NCBI GenBank assembly: GCA_024680555.1
Contig: JAILCC010000019.1
Span: 166,049 to 230,048 of the forward strand
DNA from: a bacterium
GTDB taxonomy: Bacteria; Cyanobacteriota; Vampirovibrionia; Gastranaerophilales; JAILCC01
DNA length: 64,000 bases
Reading direction: 5' to 3'
Positions within the stretch are counted from its first letter, which is position 1. Each line of letters opens with the position of its first letter. Shown here piece by piece: positions 57,297 to 64,000 of the stretch. A program made the translations under genes and the position numbers. The notes under the pieces are model-generated. The model was not told where the DNA came from. It saw nothing but the letters and a program-made list of their open reading frames with translations, and ran no database searches.

Positions 57297-59549
57297 CTAC
57301 ATGCTGACTCTATCTTTGATTTCTTCCATTTTGGCTTCATTAAGACGAGTATCACCCTTGACTCTTGAATATGAGAGGTATCCGTTCATACGGTCGATTT
57401 TCGTAAGGTTTTTACTTCCGCATTTCGGACATACATCCATGTTGAGTTCTTGGTGTCCGCAGTCATCACAGTATGAAAGCGAAAGGTTAACGCCTTCATA
57501 AAAGCCTTTTTCCATAGCACGTTTAATCAAAGATGCAACTGCTTTTGTGTTGTACGAAATGGGATATTTTACATATTGTATTTTACCACCGTTCAATAAA
57601 TCCCAAAATCTGCCTTCTAAGTCTTGTTTTTCGATAGGTCCAATATTTTCAACAACATGGCAGTGGAAACTGTTTGTTACATAGCCTCTGTCTGAAACTT
57701 TGTCAATAATACCGTATTTTTTACGGAATTGTTGAACTTGTAAACCACAAAGACTTTCTGCCGGAGTACCATATATAGCATAAAGGTTTCCATCTTCAGC
57801 TTTAAATTCAGCAACTTTTTTGTTGATGTACTTCATAACTTCAAGTGCAAATTCACCGTCCTCAACGAGAGATTTTCCGTTATGGAGTTCTTGAAGTTCG
57901 TTTAATGCGGTTATACCAAATGAAGCCGTTGCCGCTTTTAATAACGGTTTGATTTTGTCATGAATACCCAAGTGTCCGCCGTAGAAACCACCTTCGCAAT
58001 ATGCTAGAGGGTTAATAGACGCTCTCATTTCGCCCAAGTATTCATAAGTACGTTTATGAAGTCCTCTAATCATTTCCATATAGTAATCCAATGTTTCATA
58101 GAAGTCTTTGCCTTCTTGTTTTGCTTTTGCATAAATCATCGGAAGGTGAAGGCTAATTGCGCCGATATTGAATCTTCCTACAAATACAGGAACATCATTT
58201 TCGTCAGCAGGAGTCATACCGCCTCTTTCATACCAAGGAGAAAGAAACGCTCTGCACCCCATCGGGGAAATAACTTTTCCGTATTTTTGGTACATGCTTG
58301 CAATATAACCTTCGCCTGAAAGTGATAACCAGTCAGGATACATTGTCTTCTTAGAGCATTCAACACCTGCGTGGAACAAATCTTCCATAGGTGCGCCTTC
58401 ACCATGAAGTTTTTCATCAAATAAGAATACGATTTTTGGGAAAAGAACAGGCTTTTTGTTTTCTTTCTTGCCTTGTCCGCCTTTTCTGACTTCCAGCATT
58501 TGGAAAGAAGCCATTCTTTCGAATTTACCTTGTCCCAATCCCATTGTCATTGTGATGAACGGGTAATCGCCTCTGCTTGATGCTACAGTATTAAATTTGT
58601 ATTCCCAACCTTGGAAACCGTCATGGAAATCTTTTTCAACATCTTTTGTTGCTATTTCTTCAGCTTTTTCTGGAGCAACACCCATTTCAATATATTTGTT
58701 ATATTGAATATCGTATGATTTTTGCGCATAAGGAGCAAGAATTTTGTCTACTTCGGGAACGGTAAATCCGCCGTATTGTTGGCTTGCAGCTGCCATGACG
58801 ATATCTCCGATAACATCAAAAGCAACATTCAAAGATTTCGGCTCATTGTACCAGAGATTACCCATTTCAAAGCCGCCTTTAAGAACGTTTTCCACATCAA
58901 ACAAACAGCAGTTCATTGCATCACGTCTTGCTGACATATCATGAATATAGATATATCCGTCTCTAACCGCTTGAAGTTCGGGAACTGTTAAGAAGAACTT
59001 CTTATAAAGTTCTTTATTTAATTGGTTAAATATAAGTGAACGTTTTGTTGAAACAAGTGCAGAGTCAGAGTTTGAGTTTTCTTTATCGCCAATATACATA
59101 ATTTTTTGGCTTTCTTGATAAACTTTGTCGAGCATAGTAACAAAGTCAATCTTGTAATCTCTGTAGTTTCTGTAGCTTTTTGCAACTTTCGGGTTGATTT
59201 CTTCAAGTGCATTTTCAACAATGCAGTGCATTTTAAAGATTTCAACCTCTTTTTGTTTTGTATCAAGAACACTTCTGTTTACAAAATTACAAAGATTTGT
59301 AATTTCTTCTTCAGAAAATTCATAAAGCATTCTTGCAGCAGATTTTTTAACCGCAGCAACGACCTTTTGTACATCGTATGCCTCTGCTGTTCCGTCTTTT
59401 TTGATAACCTTGATTTCATTCAAAGCTGCTTTGGGAACCAACCCAACAACTTTGTTCATCGGATTAACCGGATTAAGTGATGCCGGTTTTGTAACCTTGC
59501 TCATCTCTTCGTTGATTTTTACAACGTTCCCTTGTTTTAACTCTTGCAC
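57297..59549 (-). CDS. nrdD: Anaerobic ribonucleoside-triphosphate reductase
   Basis: N-terminal ATP-cone-like region and class III RNR core. C-terminal Zn site (CDDCGH...CPKCGS) and glycyl-radical region (RMNGYLSY). GTG start preceded by AAGGAG. Confidence 0.9.
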   Translation of the reverse strand: MQELKQGNVVKINEEMSKVTKPASLNPVNPMNKVVGLVPKAALNEIKVIKKDGTAEAYDVQKVVAAVKKSAARMLYEFSEEEITNLCNFVNRSVLDTKQKEVEIFKMHCIVENALEEINPKVAKSYRNYRDYKIDFVTMLDKVYQESQKIMYIGDKENSNSDSALVSTKRSLIFNQLNKELYKKFFLTVPELQAVRDGYIYIHDMSARRDAMNCCLFDVENVLKGGFEMGNLWYNEPKSLNVAFDVIGDIVMAAASQQYGGFTVPEVDKILAPYAQKSYDIQYNKYIEMGVAPEKAEEIATKDVEKDFHDGFQGWEYKFNTVASSRGDYPFITMTMGLGQGKFERMASFQMLEVRKGGQGKKENKKPVLFPKIVFLFDEKLHGEGAPMEDLFHAGVECSKKTMYPDWLSLSGEGYIASMYQKYGKVISPMGCRAFLSPWYERGGMTPADENDVPVFVGRFNIGAISLHLPMIYAKAKQEGKDFYETLDYYMEMIRGLHKRTYEYLGEMRASINPLAYCEGGFYGGHLGIHDKIKPLLKAATASFGITALNELQELHNGKSLVEDGEFALEVMKYINKKVAEFKAEDGNLYAIYGTPAESLCGLQVQQFRKKYGIIDKVSDRGYVTNSFHCHVVENIGPIEKQDLEGRFWDLLNGGKIQYVKYPISYNTKAVASLIKRAMEKGFYEGVNLSLSYCDDCGHQELNMDVCPKCGSKNLTKIDRMNGYLSYSRVKGDTRLNEAKMEEIKDRVSM

Positions 59550-59822
59550 AACAATCTCCTTTTTTTCCTAAACAGACAGAAACGGGTGTTCAATTCACAA
59601 TTAACCTTTTACTCTTAATTATTTCTGTCCAGAGTATCTCCCCTACAGTCGAAAAGCCTCTCTATCAGCTATTTTTATAATCCCCTTCGGGTGACTTTCA
59701 CCCATGCTTTTTTCAAACTGTTCGTTCTATTAGAATATAATAAATTGGGGCTCAGTGCAATTGATTTTTTTAAAAATCATACGTTTGATGTATACAAAAA
59801 TTTTAAATCTTGTAGTATACTT

Positions 59823-60512
59823 CTAGGCTTGCTTTTCAAGCTCTTTATGCCACTCAAAAAGAAAGTACAAGCCCAAGAATAAGTGTATTGACCACGTCAA
59901 AAATGTTGCAAAAGTATGCACTCCTCCTATAAAAATTATGAGCCACATAATCGCCGAAAGTATGTTCACACCTGTCCATAACGCCCATTGTTCAATGCAG
60001 CGTCTGACCGTCATGTACATAGCAGCTATTGAAAATACGGTTGAAAATGCGTCCATTATCGGAAATCTATCTCCGACATGCGCTAAAAATACAGAAAAAA
60101 CAATAGCCGCAACGATTATTAAGAAACTGAAATAAACCCTCTCCTTATTTGTTAATTTCGTCTTAATAATCGACTGCTTCTCTTTATTCATGCGCTTTTT
60201 CCACATGAAAATGCCTATTATCTCCATTGGTAAAAAATATCCCATTTGTAGCATTACTGCACCATATATGGCATTTTTAAAAGATAAAAATGAATAACAC
60301 AATGTTCCTAAAATACCAAAAAAGTAACACGATATTTTACCTTTTCCCGCCATGACAGAATATGACAAACTGAAAATCGCCTGAGCCGTAGCAATAATAT
60401 TGTCTTTCATTGATACAGATATCAATATAACAGACAAAAATAATATAGGAATTGCGATAATCTCTCTCCTCGAAAAGCCTGAAAATTCATTTTTTATGAG
60501 TCTTGCTAACAT
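59823..60512 (-). CDS. pnuC: Nicotinamide riboside transporter PnuC-like
   Basis: 229-aa membrane protein of about 7 TM helices with Trp-rich helices (WALWTGVNILSAIMW), typical of PnuC. Its start overlaps the upstream ORF by 7 nt. Confidence 0.65.
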   Translation of the reverse strand: MLARLIKNEFSGFSRREIIAIPILFLSVILISVSMKDNIIATAQAIFSLSYSVMAGKGKISCYFFGILGTLCYSFLSFKNAIYGAVMLQMGYFLPMEIIGIFMWKKRMNKEKQSIIKTKLTNKERVYFSFLIIVAAIVFSVFLAHVGDRFPIMDAFSTVFSIAAMYMTVRRCIEQWALWTGVNILSAIMWLIIFIGGVHTFATFLTWSIHLFLGLYFLFEWHKELEKQA

Positions 60513-61540
60513 TTTTCTCCTCTATTTGAATTTTTTGTAAATACTTCGGCAAGCATTGTTGAAGCGACAGGGGCAATCATATAATACAAAACACCCAATA
60601 TCAATGCGGGTTTTGCTATTTTTATCCCCTCTACATATTTATCAAGTTTTGGAGAAGCTGCATTTGCGGCTTTGAATTTTTCTATAAATATTTCGGTAGG
60701 TCGTTTCAATAACGCATTAACCGCATAACCGCCGACAACGGTAAATGCCGTCATAATAGCGGAATTCATAATCAAAGTTTTTTTGCGTTCCTCTTTTATT
60801 TTTTTATTTGAAGCGGTAAATTTTGCAAAAAGAGCAGTAGCTAATATATCATTTGCGCTGAACATGTGCTGAGGGAAATTGGTATTGTGATATTTTTCGG
60901 CAAAATTCTGCGCTTTTTGCGTATTCATAATACTTCCAAACAATTCCGACAACTTGTTAGTAAATTTACCCGTATTAGCTCCAAAGGAAACTCCGTCTGA
61001 TGCTTTTTTATCCTTAAAGTTTATCTCAGCCAAATTTGTATTTTTTACATCTTTATTAAAAAATAAACTCATTAAAGGTGGTATCAATGCGCAGGTAATA
61101 AGAGCTTTGGGCAAAATAGCCACAAGCCCCGAACCTAATTTGAACATCTGGGAAGAAAACTTGAATTTAGAAGAAGCTGCAAGATTATTTTCCGCACCTT
61201 GAAATGCTTTTATAGCCTTCTCATTAAGGTAATCGGACGGATTTTTTTCGATATTTTTAACAGCATTTATGATAGGGTTGGAAACCAATGCCATAATCCC
61301 AAAACCAACAAGGCTAGAGGCTATTGATTTTGCGGTTGCATACTCTTTATTTTCCTGCTGTGCCTTTGGAGTAGCAAGAATTGCTATGGGACGAACGAAA
61401 GCGGATAATACGAGCGCTGTACCCGCCGCAAAAAGCGCCCCATTATCAGAGGCAAATTCAGCAGTTTTAAGCAGGACTTTACTATTCATAAAACCGTTGA
61501 AATTAGTATTCGCATTATTATTTATTCTTCCTACCTGCAT
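60506..61540 (-). CDS. Hypothetical multi-pass membrane protein with N-terminal MQVGRINNNANTNFNGF motif
   Basis: Start set at ATG 61540 after AAAGAGG; the track start at 61555 is a TTG. Several TM helices. No known domain recognised. Confidence 0.6.
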   Translation of the reverse strand: MQVGRINNNANTNFNGFMNSKVLLKTAEFASDNGALFAAGTALVLSAFVRPIAILATPKAQQENKEYATAKSIASSLVGFGIMALVSNPIINAVKNIEKNPSDYLNEKAIKAFQGAENNLAASSKFKFSSQMFKLGSGLVAILPKALITCALIPPLMSLFFNKDVKNTNLAEINFKDKKASDGVSFGANTGKFTNKLSELFGSIMNTQKAQNFAEKYHNTNFPQHMFSANDILATALFAKFTASNKKIKEERKKTLIMNSAIMTAFTVVGGYAVNALLKRPTEIFIEKFKAANAASPKLDKYVEGIKIAKPALILGVLYYMIAPVASTMLAEVFTKNSNRGEKC

Positions 61541-61628
61541 AAAAACCTCTTTCAAAACAATTATCCCACAAATAAAAAACAGGTCAGCTTATATTTGGTT
61601 GACCTGTTTTTTGTATTACATATTCAAA

Positions 61629-64000
61629 CTATATATTGTATGAAGCAAGCTTGATTGTTGTTTGAGGATGAGCTGATTGCTTATCAAGAGACGGTTTTGT
61701 TTCCAGTTTTATTTCGTCTGTTTTTGGTTCAGTTTTTTGTTCAACATTTTGCTGAATGGGATTTTCTGTTTTAATTTCGTCCTTGATTACCTTTGTTTCG
61801 CTCTTTTGAGGATGCTCCTGAATAGTTGGAAGCGTTTCCGTTTGAACAGGAACAATATCCGCCGGAGTGAGAATATCTGACTGGTTTTTAATTTCAGTTT
61901 GAGGATTTATTTTATCTCTTTGTATTTTTACGGGAGCGTTACCTAGCATCAATTTAAAGCCTAATTGTGCAGCGATACCGTTTCTGCCGCCGTTTCTGAC
62001 AACAATTTGTCCCCATCCGGTAAATCTTTCACCCCAAGACCTCTTTAAACCGACACCGTATTGAACATAGGGTTTTGTACTCATTCTCGGTAGACTTACA
62101 TCTTGAGCTGTGAAGTGCGTTCTATCCATAATGTTCCAAATCATTGAAACATCCGCATAAGGCTGCCATCCTTTTCTTGTCTTGCCTATAAGCCTTATAG
62201 CTGGCTGCAACGTGATTGCATTTAACGGATCTGATTTTATTCTTACCCCTGCAGCATTTTTGTAGCTGAATGTGTTGACAAATGTATAAGCCATTGACCA
62301 AGACGGCTGAATCAACATTTTGCCATTCAGAAGTTCCCAATTATAGCCTGTTTTACTTGCAACACCGGCTGTAAGCATCGTGAAGTCTTCACTGCCGTAC
62401 ATTGTATGTGCATCCGCCTGACTTGCACCGGCATTAACCGTCAAACCTGTAAAGAAGTTTTTCTTATACCAGGTGCCTGTTACACCGAGAACACCACCAG
62501 CCAGATTTTCACTTACATCAGTATACTTGAGGTGATTGCCGTTAAATCCGGCATAAACGTTATATATACCGTTCCATCCGTTTTTGTACTGTTTCATAGC
62601 TATATCAAGACCTACGAGTCCTCCATAAGAGAAGTCTTTGACTTTTGGTCCGTTTTTAAGGTTGACTTTATCATAAGCTGCATAAGGATTAAACCAAACA
62701 CCGCCGCTTTCTTCGGGGAGAACATTCGGATCGTATGTAATCAAACCGCCCTCGGAAGCAATTTTATTTCTGTTCAGCATTGCCATTCTTTCTTCGGAAG
62801 GCAAAGCCATCAAATTATCCATCGTATTAAATGCTTGAGCATAGTTTGTTAATTGATTAAAGTAAACAGATTGTTGAGCAACAGGAGCAGCAACAACGGC
62901 ATTGTTATAGCCGCCTGTTCCGCCTGTAGCATGTACTTTAATCGAACCGTCACGTGAATCGTATTTTGGCTCATATATAAATATAGGTGTCACTATTTTC
63001 TTCGGAAGTTTCACATCCAAAGAAGCCGCCAGTTCTTCTCTTATCGTACCGGTTACACCTTTTGCAATAGGTGACAGGTTAATTTCCGGATTAGTCAATA
63101 CTTTTTTACCGGTATTAGATGGCATATTTGTATTGATGGTAATTATGCCGCCGCTCGGGTTTGTAAACGCATCGTCATCCTTGCTGATAATATTGATGGC
63201 ATCCATAGTTTCCTTATACAAATTTGCATCCATAAGCATTGATGAATCTCCGCCCAATGAAAGTTTTTGCATGCTCAAATTTTGACTTCTTCCGTTTTGC
63301 AAATCTATCATACCGCCGTTTATAGTCAAATTTGCATCCTTAATATTTGACGGCGCACTTGCAAATCTCAAAGTGTAATCATTTTGTATAAGTTCATTAT
63401 TTGCAATTTTGGCATTGATATCCATATCATTAGGTTGAGCAAGATTTATCGTACCAAAACCTCCGTCAGAAGCATTGTCAATATTTGTATCAAGCTCTGT
63501 TCCTGCCGTTATATTCAGCGTACCATCGTTGTGAATAGTGCCGCCCGTAACATCAAGTTCGTCATCAGAAACACTTGTATTAAGGGTTGCATCCTGCGCT
63601 ATAATGATATCATTTTGCGTAATCGCTCCGTCATTTGTAAGATTTGAATATATCATCAAATCGCCGCTGCCTCTGATAGTACCGTTATTAGACATAGCCC
63701 CACCGACATTGGCTTCATCACCCAGCACAAGTTCATTATTGTTTGTTATGGTCGAAGCGGTATTTGAAAGGTTGGTCTTAACTGTAGTTATGCCTTCGTT
63801 AACCAATTCTACACCACTATTGATTACCAATGTGTTGGTAGTTAAAGAGGTCGAGTCTGATGTGTTTTCAAAATCAGCATTTAATGAAACCGTATCTTGG
63901 GTTATTGAACCATTGTTGGCTGCAGATGTAACAGTATCGGAAATATTCAAATTTCCAGTTCCATCAAGTGTAGCATTTGTACCAACTACAAAGCTTTCAT
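61629..64000 (-). CDS. Autotransporter (type Va): passenger domain, beta-barrel translocator and an unusual C-terminal tail; 5' end outside window
   Basis: The frame stays open to the window edge. Passenger is T/N/G-rich beta-helix-like sequence. The barrel region has alternating-hydrophobic strands (YGGLVGLDIAM... GIAAQLGFKLMLG). A P/Q/E/K/T-rich tail of about 100 aa follows the barrel. Confidence 0.75.
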   Translation of the reverse strand, partial: ESFVVGTNATLDGTGNLNISDTVTSAANNGSITQDTVSLNADFENTSDSTSLTTNTLVINSGVELVNEGITTVKTNLSNTASTITNNNELVLGDEANVGGAMSNNGTIRGSGDLMIYSNLTNDGAITQNDIIIAQDATLNTSVSDDELDVTGGTIHNDGTLNITAGTELDTNIDNASDGGFGTINLAQPNDMDINAKIANNELIQNDYTLRFASAPSNIKDANLTINGGMIDLQNGRSQNLSMQKLSLGGDSSMLMDANLYKETMDAINIISKDDDAFTNPSGGIITINTNMPSNTGKKVLTNPEINLSPIAKGVTGTIREELAASLDVKLPKKIVTPIFIYEPKYDSRDGSIKVHATGGTGGYNNAVVAAPVAQQSVYFNQLTNYAQAFNTMDNLMALPSEERMAMLNRNKIASEGGLITYDPNVLPEESGGVWFNPYAAYDKVNLKNGPKVKDFSYGGLVGLDIAMKQYKNGWNGIYNVYAGFNGNHLKYTDVSENLAGGVLGVTGTWYKKNFFTGLTVNAGASQADAHTMYGSEDFTMLTAGVASKTGYNWELLNGKMLIQPSWSMAYTFVNTFSYKNAAGVRIKSDPLNAITLQPAIRLIGKTRKGWQPYADVSMIWNIMDRTHFTAQDVSLPRMSTKPYVQYGVGLKRSWGERFTGWGQIVVRNGGRNGIAAQLGFKLMLGNAPVKIQRDKINPQTEIKNQSDILTPADIVPVQTETLPTIQEHPQKSETKVIKDEIKTENPIQQNVEQKTEPKTDEIKLETKPSLDKQSAHPQTTIKLASYNI

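Noticed and set aside
59550-59720. Cobalamin riboswitch or NrdR boxes upstream of nrdD.
   Set aside because: I found no GCCACTG B12 box and no ACACnATATATnGTGT-like NrdR palindrome. The two 8-bp palindromes have a GTATAC core and a 25-bp centre spacing, which does not fit the NrdR pattern.
1-64000. Looked for CRISPR arrays, rRNA, tRNA, transposases, integrases and IS inverted repeats.
   Set aside because: I saw no regularly spaced direct repeats, no tRNA-like cloverleaf apart from the tmRNA tRNA-like domain, and no DDE or tyrosine/serine recombinase motifs in any ORF.

Overview
AT-rich chromosomal segment from a diderm, probably anaerobic bacterium: it has an autotransporter beta-barrel and NrdDG. 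The taxon cannot be fixed from sequence alone. The mix of pentapeptide-repeat, RTX-like and many lineage-specific proteins would fit an uncultured gut lineage such as Melainabacteria, but that is a guess. I found no rRNA, tRNA, CRISPR array, transposase or integrase. Housekeeping backbone: dppA-like fragment, hom-thrC, a NarL-type response regulator, a pentapeptide-repeat protein, serB, alr, ssrA (tmRNA), gloA, a PfkB kinase, anmK, pepA, a PPTase, uvrA, nrdDG and pnuC. Four accessory or unusual blocks stand out. (1) About 5.3 kb immediately 3' of the tmRNA gene looks like an integrase-less island. It carries a WYL regulator, an HNH nuclease, a SprT-like Zn-protease and nine small ORFs. A conserved TGTC-N7-GAC dyad sits at the heads of its transcription units. 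(2) A calcium-binding-repeat locus at 14.7-29.1 kb holds an orphan radical-SAM/SPASM enzyme, a canonical RTX nonapeptide protein, a TPR plus calpain-like protease, a 2496-aa modular repeat protein and a co-transcribed GT2. No type I secretion genes are visible. (3) A minus-strand gene string at 29.1-36.5 kb encodes an ATP-grasp enzyme, an MFS-acyltransferase-acyl-ligase triple fusion, a STAS protein and a Cache/HAMP-PP2C-HATPase fusion. (4) An 8-kb block of domain-less genes at 45.6-53.9 kb contains three tandem paralogs. They share a conserved C-terminal module of about 190 aa and homologous 5' leaders. All functional calls come from motif recognition in the supplied translations; no database search was run.
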